Shown: positions 1-12,583, counted from the stretch's first letter. The stretch: DNA of 64,000 nt from Eutreptiella sp. 'Long Island Sound 2002' (GCA_964036045.1 OZ038378.1:195920001-195984000), one strand, 5' to 3'. Program-made: numbers and translations. The notes: generated from the sequence alone by a model not told the origin.

Positions 1-1605
1 CAATGGCGTGGGCCTGCAGGGACTGCAGTTGCACCAGCAGGCAGAGCGGCAGAGCGTCCCAAGGGAGACCTTAAACGAACGCGGCACCCAGCTTGGAGGG
101 AAGCCCCAAGGCCCACCACGGGTGCACAGGGCTGATGGTTAGATCTAGGGTTTAAGGATCAGGGCCCACCCGTTCCGCATTTTTCTGTGTGCAAGACATC
201 CTAGCCATTGCTTGTTGGTAACAATGCTCGGCACACCACACCACACCACGCCGTAAAGTTCCGGGACCGCTGCCAACAACGGACCTACAGGAGTGGCTAC
301 AAGAGCAGGCAGCACTCCCCGCTCGGGTACACTGCGAGCACTAGTGGGGGCCTAAGGGGGAATCTTTGCACTGCGCGCGCACTGCACGCGCACTGCGCGC
401 TACTTTTAGACTATGTTCCCCCCGAAGAGCCCCCAAGCACACCCCTTGGAAACGCCCTTAGAATTAGGTGACCCAAACTGCCCTAGCTCAAGAAAGTTGC
501 AAACTACCTTCCCTTAACATAACACACACATGTTCCTTACGATGCCCCACTGCCACATGCGTGGTTTCGGTTGTGAGGAAGGGGCTCTCTCCTTTCCCTT
601 GCGGTTAGAATCGGATTGGGGTTGAGATTGTGTAGCCACGGGGGGTTGCGAGGACTGAGAGGGTTGAGGGAGATTGGAGCTGGACGAAGCCACATCGGCC
701 CGAGGGGGCGCAGCAACACAAAAAGCATCCAGTGTGCGTTGCCGCTTTTCTAGGAACTGCTGCGCATGTTTTGCTTGTTTCTTGGCCTCTCTCTCTCTTT
801 TCTCACGGCGCAAACGGTCAATCGCAGGCTGCAGTGTTGGCGCTTTACTGCCGCCTTCAGAGAATGGTTGGCCATCAAGCCCATCCTGGATGATTACACT
901 TTCTTCATCCCTTGGTAAGTGGTTACCCTTGCCGAACCGCAAGATCTGCTCAATCACCTTTGGCACACCCAAACAAAGGGGGACAGAATCAGAAGTCAAA
1001 ACCTCCGCTAGAGGTCACCATGATGCCCCTAGGGGCCCCTAGTATCTCAAAGTATGGGTCTCTAGTACGGCCGGACGCCCAAATAGTTGCACTGCGCGCG
1101 CACTGCGCGCGCACTGCACGCGCACTGCGCTTAAGGCTCCCCCTAACTACCGGTCAGGCCTCGGCTTGCCCCTAGATTGGTTCACAAGTGACCGGCACCT
1201 CGTAGCCCACCGCATGCGCAACCTGCGCACCGGGACGGTGCTAGCGCTCGGCACACTGCAACGTACGGCTGAGCACGCAGTGCTTGCTGTGCGACAGAGG
1301 TCTCGAAACAGCCTATCACATGTGGGAGTGCCCAGGGCAGTCCCATGCGTGGCGCACGGCCCGTCAGTGTGCGCATACGTGGCTCACCACCTACATTGGG
1401 CCGCGGGCTTCGCAGGTGCGGGGCCAACTGTGGGACCCCGCTGTCTTGGAACAATGGTCAACGGCGATCGCCACGCCGTCCCTGCGGGGGGCCCATATGG
1501 GACTGGCGGGGCCACATGAAATCGGGACGGAGTTCATCCGGCACGTACTGTCGAAGTCGCAGAAAGTCTAGCTCGCCCAGGCCAAGGCCCGCGAAAGCCT
1601 CATAA
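1..1605 (+). mobile_element. Decayed non-LTR retrotransposon (LINE) 3' fragment, interrupted by the 356-1143 insertion
   Basis: Removing 356-1143 plus one TAA restores a continuous frame VHCEH*WGPNYRSGLGLPLDWFTSDRHLVAHRMRNLRTGTV. Downstream (frameshifted) is a C-terminal zinc knuckle CLLCDRGLETAYHMWECP (ORF 1284-1571), typical of LINE ORF2 ends. In-frame stops are present. Confidence 0.7.
356..1143. mobile_element. Non-autonomous PIF/Harbinger (Tourist-like) DNA element, 788 bp
   Basis: TAA at 353-355 and 1144-1146 (3-bp TSD). Short TIRs GGGGGAATC / GGCTCCCCC. Subterminal (GCACTGCGC)-type repeats at 366-398 and 1087-1130. Excision restores the host LINE frame. A homologous end occurs inverted at ~44770-44936. 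Confidence 0.75.
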
Positions 1606-3335
1606 AGGAGCAGTTACCCACTGCTCCCCGGCAGTGTGGGAGCATACTAAAGGAGTCCCACTACCCACAGTTCCTAAGCAGTGTGGCAGTGCTCACCACT
1701 CCCCTACAAAATGGCAGTGCACCGAAGGAGTTCCACTGCCTATTGCTCTCCCAACAGTGTGGCAGTGCACTAAAAGAGTCCCATAGCCCATGGTTACCTG
1801 GCAGCGTGGCAGTGCCCACTACTCCCCTACAACGTGGCAATGCACTAAAGGGATCCCACAGCCCACTGCTCCCCGGTAGTGTGGCAATGCATTGAAGAAT
1901 TCCCACTGCCTATTGCTCCCTAGCAGTGTGGCAATGCACTAAGGGAGCCCCACTACCCACTCCTCCCCAGCAATGTGGAAGTGCACTGAAGGAGTCCCAC
2001 TGCCAACTGCTCCCCATCAGCGTGGCAATGTGTAGCAGGAGTCCCACTGCCCATTGCTCCCCATCATTGTGGCAATGCACTGAAAGAGTCCCACTGCCCA
2101 CTACTCCGGAGGAGTGTGTCGGTGCAAAGGATAAGTCCCACTGGCCATGGCTCCCTGGCAACGTGGCGGTGCATAGGAGTCCGCCCACTGCTTCCCAGCA
2201 GTGTGGCAGTGCATTTAAGGAGTCCCGCCGCCCACTGCTCCCTAGCAATGTGGCGGTGTACCGAAGGAGTACCACTGCTCACTGCACCCCAAGAGTGTGG
2301 CAATGTGTAGCAAGAGTGATAGTGCCCACTGCTCCCTAGTCGGTGCACTACAGGGGTCCTACTGCCCACTATTCCCCAACAGTGCGGCACTGCACTAAAG
2401 GTGCCTCACTACCCACTGCGTCCTCATAGTGAGGCAGCGTGTGGGAGAAATCTAGCACTGTGGCACTACACAAACAGTCCCAGTGCCCACTGCTCTGTGT
2501 GGCAATTTGCAGGAGTCGTCCTACTACCCACTGCTGCCCAGAAGTGAGGTAGTGCACGAAAGAAGTCCCATTGCCCACTACTCCCTAGCAGTGAGGCGGT
2601 GCACTAAAGAAATCCCATGGCTTACTCCTCCCTAATAGTGTGGTGGTGCGCTAAAGGAGTCCCACTGCTCATTGCTCCCCAGCACTGAGGCGGTGCACTA
2701 AAGGAGTCCCACTGCCAACTGCTCCGCAGTAGCATGGCAATGTGCAACAAGAGTCCCACTGCCCACTGCTTCCCAGCAGTGTGGCGCTGCACTGAAGGAG
2801 TCCCACTGCCCACTATTCCCCAAATAGTATGGCAGTGTACAGCAGGAGTCTTACTGCCCACTGCTCATAGCAGTGAGGCATTGTGCAGCAAGAATCCCAC
2901 TGCCCACTGCTCCCAGCAGTGTAGCATTGCAGTGCAGAAGTCCCACTGCCCATTGCTCCCCAGCAGTGTGGCAATGCACTGAAGGAGTCCCACTGCCCAA
3001 TATTCCCAATGTGCATTTCATTGGAATTTGTGTGAAAACGGGTATAGAAAGGGTGTTTAGTTAAGTTTGAGAGGTTTGGCCCACACATTGGGGGTGTTGC
3101 CTGAACCGTGCGCGCACCGAGCATTTTTTAGGGTATTGTTTGTTCCCCAGATCCACAATACCTGAATCAGAGTTGCCCTCCAGTGTGGCAGTGCATTGAA
3201 GGAGTCCCACTGCTCACTTGCTCACTGCTCCCCAGCAGTGTGGCAGTGCGCAGAAGCAATCCCACTGCCCACCGCCCACAGGTGCTGGGGCAGTGCACAG
3301 AAGGAGTGCCACTACCAACTGCCCCAAGGCAGTGA
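1604..3335. repeat. ~47-bp minisatellite (about 30 degenerate units, occasional ~74-bp variants)
   Basis: Unit approximately GGAGTCCCACTGCCCACTGCTCCCCAGCAGTGTGGCAATGCACTGAA. 47-nt spacing is seen at 1726/1773 and 1847/1894/1941/1988. Interrupted at 3011-3181. Confidence 0.9.
3011..3181. repeat. 171-bp dispersed repeat, copy 1
   Basis: Ungapped match to 40075-40245 (12 mismatches in 171 by eye). Inserted within a satellite unit. Confidence 0.9.
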
Positions 3336-6300
3336 GGCAGTGTGCTATGCTGTGCTGCAGTGCGACGCACTGTGATGTGCTGTGTTGTGCTGTGCCGTGC
3401 TGTGCCGCGCCGTTCTGCGCTGCAATGTGATGCAATGCAATGAGACGCAATTTGATGTGATGTGATGTGAAGGGTCACAAAACAAAACAGGCAGTCATGG
3501 ATGCCTTGCTGAGGGAAAAGAATAAGAGCCATCAAAACACTTGTTTTTTCTGCGCCGCATTGGTGAGGGCTGTGAAAATCGACTGTCAAAAGGGCAGCAG
3601 AGGCACTCAAATTCAGTCATTCACTCCTTTGGTTGGTGAGCTTGGGCTCCACGTGCAGTTCAGCTGCAATTCACCCTGGCTGCAAATCCTTCTTACTTCA
3701 CCCTAACCTGGTTTCAGTATACTTGTGCCGAAATCCCATGGTCACGACCTTCCACAAACCCAAGAGTACCACTGGGTGGCACTTCACATCCCCCATCCCC
3801 CCAGTAACTGTGGGCTGGAGGACACTAGGGGGGGAGGGGGGGCTACTCAGGGGTGGGGAGGTGTCTGGTGTCTGGTGTCTGAGTGCCTGGAGCCGATTCC
3901 ACCGGACGCACCGGATACGGCCGCCCCGGCCAGGCTGGGCTGGACGTCGCCACACCTCGGTGGGCGAAGCGTCCATCGCGTCGCTCTCGTCTCCCCCTCG
4001 CCCCCCCCCCCCCTCCCCCCGTCCCCCGGGTCCCCGCTGCCTTCCGCCGGGCGCCACACGGCGCGGGCCGGAGGGGGGGGAGTTGGCTGCCTACCGCCTG
4101 CCCAAGCACTGCACAGTGTTGGGACGCTGGCGGGGGATCAATGGTCGGTGCTGATCGACTGAATGTCCCCGCCATAGACACTTTCAGCCATTAGTCCAGA
4201 GGTTCTCTCACAGATGCATGTGTCCCCTTCTTGGTTGGGGTGCTCCACTATTCAATGTACAACAAGTAGGTACAAGGTTTCAATCAGCGGTGCCAGTGGC
4301 AGCTGCATTTGTTATATAACCTGTGGACGGCGAACCACTATAGATCAATACCTGTGTGTTGCTGAGCTAGATGGTGCATGAAAAACAGCCACGCCCTCAA
4401 GCTGCGTCTGTGTTGATGTGTCGCAGTGAATCACAGGGCCGTATAGCCTGATGCACTCCTTCGGCCTAACCATACGGCTTTCTGTTCTCCTGCTGGAGGG
4501 GAAAAGGGGAGGTAGACAATCGCTGTATTACGTGCGAGCTGACAAGGCTGCATAGCTGTGTGTTTGTGGGACCATATGTCGGGTGAAGTGCCGCCTGCCC
4601 AAGCACTGCACAGTGTTGGGACGCTGGCGGGTGGGGAGGGGGGGGGGGCTGCTTGAAGGTGGAGGGGGCAACCAGAATGTGACCATGGCGCACTCACTTC
4701 AGCGGAATTTCTTGGTCATCCCATTGCAGCAACGTTCGCTGTCTCATCAAAACAAATGGAAATCTCAGGCAGAATTTGTTATTGAGTCACAACAGCTCTG
4801 TGCAGGCATGACCAGCGCCTGTGTCCCACGAGACCCGGCTCACACACATGTCATCGTGCAGTATTGACAAATACCGGCGGTCAGAACAAAGACGCTCAAA
4901 TGGGGTCACTGTGCTGAGATTAGGCCGTGCTTGCGCAGCTTGGCAGCTTCCCCACTTTGGAACCGTCAGAGGGGGTGTTGGGGGGACGGGCTCTGCCTGC
5001 AGCTGCCCTTTGGAAAGTCTGGGGTGTATTTTGATATGTGGATTTCACTACATTGCACTGCATTGTGCATTCGATTCCGGGGCCCGTTCCGAGCACCCAG
5101 CTCAAACAAACGCATGTGAGAGAGAGAGTCCAGGGGAAAAGTGGGGCCGGGGGCTCCTCTATCCATGGCGCTCCAAAACTTCCCTTGAGGGAGGGTGGCG
5201 TGTCAGGGCGGGCCCCACAAGTGCCCACCCCAGCCCCCAGCCCTTGGTAGTGCCCAATTCTTCAAAGGAAATCCGGGGGGCGGGGGTGGCAGGCAGCAGC
5301 AAAACGCTTCTGGAATGCCACCGTGCTGGGATATCAGCATGGGCGGGCTGCGGGCAGAGAACGGAGGTGAGGCACAGACCGTGGGAATGATGTCAACGAA
5401 TTCCGAAAACGACACCTGCAAAAAGGACGTGCGGGCTCAGGACGTGACGGTGAAGGCATGGCATGGTACTCGGTGCGATGTCAGTGAGAAATACAGTGAC
5501 CAATGAGACAATACCCGTCCGCATCATCAAATGCGGAAAAAGATGCCAAGAGGCACGAGACTTCGTGATTGATTGGGAGCCCCCCCCCCCCCCCAAAAGG
5601 ATGGCCTTGTGCCAAACTCCCCCCCCAAGGATGCATTGAACCGGCCCCCGCCCCTCCAGGGTGCCCAGCATGTGCCCAGCCACTATCTCCCTGACGCCAA
5701 GTGCCAGCTTCAACGGCAGTTGTAAACGCCAGTAAATGCCCCCGACCGCTTTGACAACCTCCTCCAACGGCCTACCTAACCGCTGCTGAGGGCACCTCTG
5801 AGGTCCCTCCCCTTCCAATGCATCCCTACACCCCCCCCCCTCCCCCGGCCACCACACCCTGTACTTTCCTTTCGCTGCCCGTCTTCTGGGACCGGCGACC
5901 TTCCGATCCTGCACTTCCCATTGGCACGGCACCAGCCACAGAGCTGCAGCCTCCCTAGCAGGGGGGAAGGTAGATTGCCCCCCGTGTGTTCACGCAAAAG
6001 CGGAAACAGAAGCCTGTTGACAACATGGGAGGGGGGGGGCGGTTCTGTTCAGCCCCAGCCCCCAACCCCCGTGGCGTGGGCAGGGGGGTCCAGAAAGGGT
6101 GCGGGCTCAAAAATTCTTTTTTTGAATTCCCTGTTTCATTCTGCGAATTTCGAATATCCCTAACTGGGCTACAATCTCCTTTTACCATTCACCATAAATG
6201 AAAATAGTTGTGCATTCCAGCAGACGCACAACTACACCAGGGTCCCGAGGGGGGGGGGTCCGCCCCGACATGTAAGCGCCCCCCCCCCCCCCCGTGGTTG

Positions 6301-6439
6301 ATAAGGGGTGACGGGTGCGTGGTGCGCACACGGTGCGCCTTTTTGGGGGGGGCAATTACACCGCTTTCACCCCCTCAAACGGACCCTGACAGAAAGGCCC
6401 CAGATGGCAACATGGGCACCAAGAAAACAGCAATTTACT

Positions 6440-9400
6440 CATACCTGGCCCGTACAAAGCAAAAAATGGTGCAAAGCATTTTTCAGTATAGAACCCCTTT
6501 TTCCAGTGCCTCTGCATCCTGAAGAGCCGAAAATGCTTTCCATCGCAAGGGAGCGACATTATATTGAACGGCAGACAACTGCACCCTGCAATCAAAGAAT
6601 TTGTGGTGGGACGCTGTATCCAGGCAGGAGGTGGGGGAATGTATGCATATGTAGCTTGTGGGTGCCATCAAATCTGTCCGTCCCCCAAAAGTATAGTGGA
6701 AGATGTTGCCTCAGGTTTTGTGGGTACCAAGAAGTCTCCCATACCCGGATTGGGGGCACACTGGAGGGCAGGCTGTCCTGAAGAGAAAAATAAGCCTCCG
6801 TAACGCCAACATGAACGAACGCTCACGGGGACGCCGTCTGCTTCACCGTCATGGGACCTTCTCTAGTTCAAAGGTTGGCGAGTGGCGGCAGTTGGCGGTT
6901 GGAGGTTGGCGGCGGTGGGCGGTTGGCGGTTGGAGGTTGGCGGTTGGTAGTTGGCAGTTGGCGGCGGTTGGTGGTTGGCAGTTGGCGGTTGGCAGCGTTG
7001 GCGGTAAGCGGTTGGTGGCGGTTGCGGTTGGCGGTTGGTGGTTGGTGGTCTCCGGGGGCTGTCTTTAAGGGCTGTCCTTAACAAAAAAAAATTGGGGACT
7101 TCTTAAGGACAGCCCCGCTGGAGGGCAGGGATTCATCACAACGGCTGACAACCATGCCCTTCCCTTTGCAGTCCAAAGGCACTAAAGGGGACTCTGGGGA
7201 CCATGCCTGCCTCTTCGACGCGGACCAGATCTGCGACCAGCACTCGTCTTCAAGCTCCACGGGCGTGCTGACAGGCAGCGGAATGCGCTTGTCCACGATG
7301 CGGCATGGGGATGGGGGGGCCATGGATTTGGAGTTGTGCAGAAGCTTAGGCGATCGGAGGTCTGTGTGGACGGGGCAGGGCACGAGGCGGAGGGAAGCAC
7401 CAACGGGAGAGAGGGATCTCGATTACCTCAACCCTCAGTCGTTATCGGGTTATGAAGCATGCTGTCCACACATACATACATGCATGCATATGTACATACA
7501 TACGTTGAATGTATCAAAGTCTCCAATGACATATCGACATATGCAGGGTCACCGGTTGGGGTGCAGGGGACCCCTCCAACAATTTTGGGGTGGGAAACTC
7601 AGAAAAACATGTTTTAGAAGTATATTGCAAGTTTTTTTTTGGATCGCGTATCAAAACCCACCAAGGGCTTGAAAGGGCTAAAATATGGTATGCCATCACC
7701 ATTGACAGGATCCCAACAGGACTACCAACAATGGCCAACTTTCGGGTCATCCCAAATCCCGCATTTCCCACCATAAGAGCAAAGGATAGTGCACAAAATA
7801 GTCCCAGAAGCTGTGTTTCGAGTATATATGGGGACCCAAAACCCAACCAGTGACCCTGCACCATGGTGGGGATGTCAGTGGAGATATGGCATGATTATAA
7901 TTATACAGCATTCGTATATCGCCCACGGTACCCATGAGATAACTCCCAAATCTGTGAGATGCCCCCGAGATACCCGCCGAATTTCTGAGACACCCCCAAA
8001 GGAACCCCCCAAATCTGTCAGATACCCCCGAGATAACCGTGAGATACCCCCGAGATACCCCAGAATCTGTGGGATACCCTGGGAAACCCTGGGAAGACCT
8101 GGGAAACACGCCAACACGGAGCATTTTTCTGGGTCCATGACCATCTCGCTGCCCAATGGGTGTCTTTTTGGGGCGGGGGGGGGCATATGCCGGTGTGCAG
8201 AATGCATCAGAGTCACTTGAGACAGGCCTCCACAATTTGCTGCGCACCCTGTCCCTCTCACCACCCTACGTGTTGTCTGGTGGCATGATATTACTGAACG
8301 TTTCTCTGTGTGTGTCTGTATGTGCGTCTCTATGTGTGGGCTTTTGTGTGCCTGTTTGTGCATCTCGTTGCCGTTGAAAAACCCGAGTCGAATTGTAGGA
8401 GCAACAGAAGCCACCAAGGAATAGCAATGGGGTTTGCACGGATCAGCAAGAGTTTGCATGGTTCAGCAAGGGTCCATCAACAAGGATGGCAAGGTTCTGC
8501 AGGGGTCAAACAACGGCCTGTGAGGGTCAGCAATGTCCACCAAGGGTCTGTCGAGGGTGTTCGGTGGGCCCTGCTTGCTGGGTGTGCCAGAGAGTAGAGA
8601 AGTGGAAGCAAGATCGCTTTCGTTTATTGGTCTTCATAATACCATATAACCTGCGGGCGGACTGGGGATGGGTCAGTGATGGTTGCTAAAATCTGGCGAC
8701 TGATCCAACAATTGCTGCCTGGCAGTGGAAACGCCTTCTGTGAGCTTCATTCCCCCTCTGTCCTCAAGAAGGGGTTGCAACAAGCCTCGGCGTACACCTG
8801 GATCGAAGTGGTTGACTGGGTCTGAGCTGGAGGCGCCTGCCAGGTCCGATGTACAGGTGCCGTGTGGCGTGGGCGCAGGCGCTCCGGCGTGAGCTGGTTC
8901 AGACGCGGGCTGGACTGCGTCGTGCCGCATTTTCTGCGCCGTCGGCAGATGTGTGTGGGATCGCTGCGGGGACGTTGGCAGAGGTGCGCGCTCCGGTCGC
9001 TGGTGGGCGTCATGCCAGGAGCTGGGCCTTGCGACGGGGAAGCGCTTCACCTCCTCCAACGCGGGCGACATGACCCGCGGCTTTGGACTCGAGGCCTGTT
9101 CATCCACCGCCACGACCTGAAACCGCAACACCAGTGATTCCCCTGAACCGATGTGCACCGCCTGCGGCAATGTGCGCGGACAGGGCCAGCGTTGTGTGTT
9201 GCGCACGTTCCCGCAGGCGGTGCATGTTGCTGAAAGATTTCAGGGTGCGGAAGGAGGCAGTGCAAACACCACGACGCAATGGCGCCCGTGGCGACGTCAC
9301 CGACCACAACTTGCCGGACGCCCCACGCGTCCAAGAGCCCCTCAACATTGGCAGCGATGTCCTTCGCGGTGTGCAGGGGCTCTCAGGTGGGCTGCAGGTC

Positions 9401-12400
9401 TCACCGGAGCCGCCGCGCATGTCGAGGGCTTGTCTTTTCCAACCTTCAAGAGCACCTTGGCCCCCCTCCAGCTGTGATGAGGCTTTGCGCCACGTAAAAC
9501 AGTGGCTCAGTGCAGAACCCGTGGGTTTTGGTGTACTCAATTCCTGCGACATTGCAGGCGACAAACGCCCAGTCCTTCGTGGCCCCTCGGTGAATTGAAT
9601 CTAGCAAATTGGGAGATACCAAGCTCTCGTTCGCATTACAATGTCTTTCACACACCCCTGCGCCCTTGCACCTGACGGGTGGGGGGGGGGGCATGACGCC
9701 TGGTGTGTTGCTGTTTGGCGGCGCCTATTGGCCTCTCGCCACTTCACCTTGCCCTTTCCTGATGATGTCTCAGGTGCTCATCGCATGCATTGCGTGACTG
9801 CACGACATGCAGCATGTGTTCGCAATGTTGCACACAGGGTGTGGAGGTGTGTCAAGGTTCATGGGTTCCGGAGGTGCGGCGAGCCCAAGGAGCCATCCTC
9901 ATTATGGTGCGGCATTTGGTGGAGTACAAGAAGTGCCTCATGCCGGCCAGCCTTTTTGATCAGCAGATGGTGAGCCTTCAAGGAGACGATGAAAGCCCTG
10001 CCAAAGCCAGCCCGAAATCCTGTCCATCGCCACGCGGTGCTGCCCTATCCTTCGTGACAGGGGGGGTGGGGATGGGCCCGGCGGCGGGGGGAGAAGGATT
10101 GTGCGTGTGCGTAGATTTGAGGAGAATCCGATGGCGTTGGGCGTTGAGTCGTAGAGCCATGGATTTAAAACAAAATGTGGCATTGGCCGTACCTGTCACC
10201 ATTTGCACCCCCGTGTCTCTTTGCGACAGAACGTGCTCCTGTGCAGCTCTGTCCCGCCCTGCGCCGATGTGCCACGCTACGCTCACGCATGGCCATGTTT
10301 TTGAGCAATTCGTCCACCAAGCAGCAAAATACCAGCACCAAGGCAGGGGACAACACGAGGTAAGACTAATTCCCGGCTATGAACTTCACTTTCTGCTGGT
10401 TCATCGGATGAACAGCACCCCCAAGGGTGGCGGTTTATCCCACGGCAGCATAGTTGGGCACATGGAATCCGCGAATCCGGGCTCTCTATGTATGGTATGC
10501 AAACATGGTACGGCCAAATACAAGAACTGCTGGGTCGTGGGCTCTACTTCATGAAAAGACCGAGACAAAGAGATGTCTGCTCCAAGTGTGCTTGCGTGCT
10601 GCCAAAACCTTGGCACCGATCCCACAATTAGCTCGTAAAAGTGGATTTACGGCATCCTTTGAAATTGTCCGTGGTTTGTTCAAATTTCCATTTGAATGGC
10701 GTTTCGGCCCGCATTCGTGGCAAAGGTGTGAACAAAGTGGACAACGTGTCAAGGAAGTACAAAAACGCAACGGGAGCAAGCATGCGGACAGGCCTGGGTT
10801 TCGGCGGCACACCGGGATGCATGAAAAGGGGGTTGGGGGGGAGGGGGACGGGAGCGTGACAGAGGGGAATCCAACGGATGACGGGCACGGGAAGGACGGG
10901 GGTTGGGCTGCTTCTGGCAACAACTCCACGGAATATAGATAAGACGGAATCATGGGGGGAGGATGCACCGTTGAATTGCACCAAAATCTTTCCCAAGTCT
11001 CTTCCGGTAGTTCATCTTCCCGATCGGCCTTGGCTTGGCCCAAGGGCTCCTCGGAGGAAGATAGTTTTGGTAACGGAGTATCCTCGGGGGTCTCCTTAGT
11101 GCACGCGAGTTGTTGACGGGGCACGTGGAGCAGTTCCTCTTCGCGGAGAGACTTGTGGGTCAAAGAGGGCTCCTCACTAGGGGACTTCTTGGTGAGCAGG
11201 GGCCCTTGTCTACTGGGAGAACTGCGAGCCACCGGGTGTAGGTTCTCACGAGGAGACTTTTGAACGTACAATGGCCCCTGTTGTTGGGACCAGGTGGGAT
11301 GAGAATTCTTCACCTCTGGCTTGGAGTAAATTTGTTCCCAAGAAGGAACCCGCGGAGAAGTCGGCAGTGAGGAGGGGCGAGAAACCACGGCAGACTTTGC
11401 AGTCTTCCATGGCGTAGGAGAAGTGGTGCGAGTTGCTGGAGCACTGTTGGACCGTGAGCTGCCAGATGCAATCGCTCTATTTTCCACCGGGAGAAGCGGG
11501 GAATAAGAAGGCACGACATGGCGGTGAGCTTGCCGGTACGAGGCGTCAATGCTCAGGGAACCCAAGGCTGTGGCAAGCGGGGCATCCAGGAGAATTGGAG
11601 GTGGCAACTTCAACTTCGAAACTTTGAGGGGGTAAGGATGGCGGTAGCTGACAACTTCGGGAGCGTACATCGGACGCGTATCTCTGCGACAACGGGGCAA
11701 AAGGCATGGTTTGGAATTCGCCGGGTCCAGTGGATTGAAACCATGCACTCACTTTGACACCACCGGTGGTGGAAGTGTGACCCGACGATGTACAGCAACA
11801 GAGCTTGATGTACAGTCTAAGCCTTGGCATTCCATGAAAAGCGTTCTACTACCATGGTACACCTCTCGTTGATCTACCTCGTGAAGCATGTCTTTACGTT
11901 TTCCGATTCCTGGATCGTGCAATACGGCACACCTTGAAAATTACTCACTGCGTTGCAAAGAGTTGGATTGTGCCCTTACACCCATGCTCGTCACAACTTC
12001 GTCAATCGGCAGTGAGCTTCCCGACTTCACAAGATGCCTCGAATCGAAAACACCATTTTGTTCTATCAACATTGCGCAAAAGCAACGAGAGTGTAGACAA
12101 CACAGCGGAACCACCGAACCCCTTTGACAAATATGGACTCAACAAGATGTGCAGGATGAACGCATGAGGTCTACATACGACTTCGTCTGCTTCCTGTTCC
12201 TCTTTGTCAAATCCGTCAAAAACTACATGCTGTGGTTGCAAGCCTGTGTAGCATCACCTGTCCTGTATTTTCTCCCAATATTCGCGAAAGTTAGGCGAAG
12301 ATTAGGAAGGCAGTCAGTCGATTTTGCCTCTCGCTGCACACAAGTCAATAAACATGTACAGTCATCGAATGCAGATTTCGGAGGTTTGGGGGGAAAGTCA

Positions 12401-12583
12401 ACCGCGAGTGAGTGAGTTGGCTGGAAAGCAAAAGCAGCCTGCGAAGTGAAGTGGGAACGGGCGTGATGATGCCAGATGGCTGCCACGAACAGCTTTAGAC
12501 ATGAGGTCGTTGAAGCGCAATCGTCTCGGGATGGCCCGTAGACAAACCACCATCAGCCTGCCCTTTGTTTCCAGTGTGTTCAT
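6440..12583 (-). CDS. Multi-exon host gene, Ser/Pro-rich uncharacterised protein (partial model)
   Basis: Phase-compatible GT-AG joins: 11878-11932 (GVPYCTIQESENVKTCFTR) to a large exon starting at 11683 (within the 399-aa ORF 10549-11748); and 9273-9543 to 8798-9229 to an exon starting at 7361 (DLRSPKLLHNSK...RIVDKRIPLPVSTPVELEDECWSQIW). Gene start, end and the linkage between the two exon chains are inferred. No recognisable domain. Confidence 0.5.
6771..7113. mobile_element. MITE-like element with (GGCGGTT)n core
   Basis: Terminal inverted motifs GGCTGTCCT (6771) / AGGACAGCC (7105-7113). Internal GGCGGTTGG repeats at ~6880-7045. Flanked by a 12-bp direct repeat CTGGAGGGCAGG (6761, 7117). 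Confidence 0.65.

Noticed and set aside
1604-3335. Regularly spaced palindromic repeats resembling a CRISPR array
   Set aside because: Units are contiguous and degenerate with no unique spacers, there are no cas genes, and the context is eukaryotic. It is a minisatellite.
10380-10790. Plus-strand frame with CSKC...H...VCSNFH, suggestive of an HNH nuclease
   Set aside because: It contains stops, lacks a start and is antisense to a long minus-strand ORF that fits a phase-consistent host exon. Probably a shadow reading.
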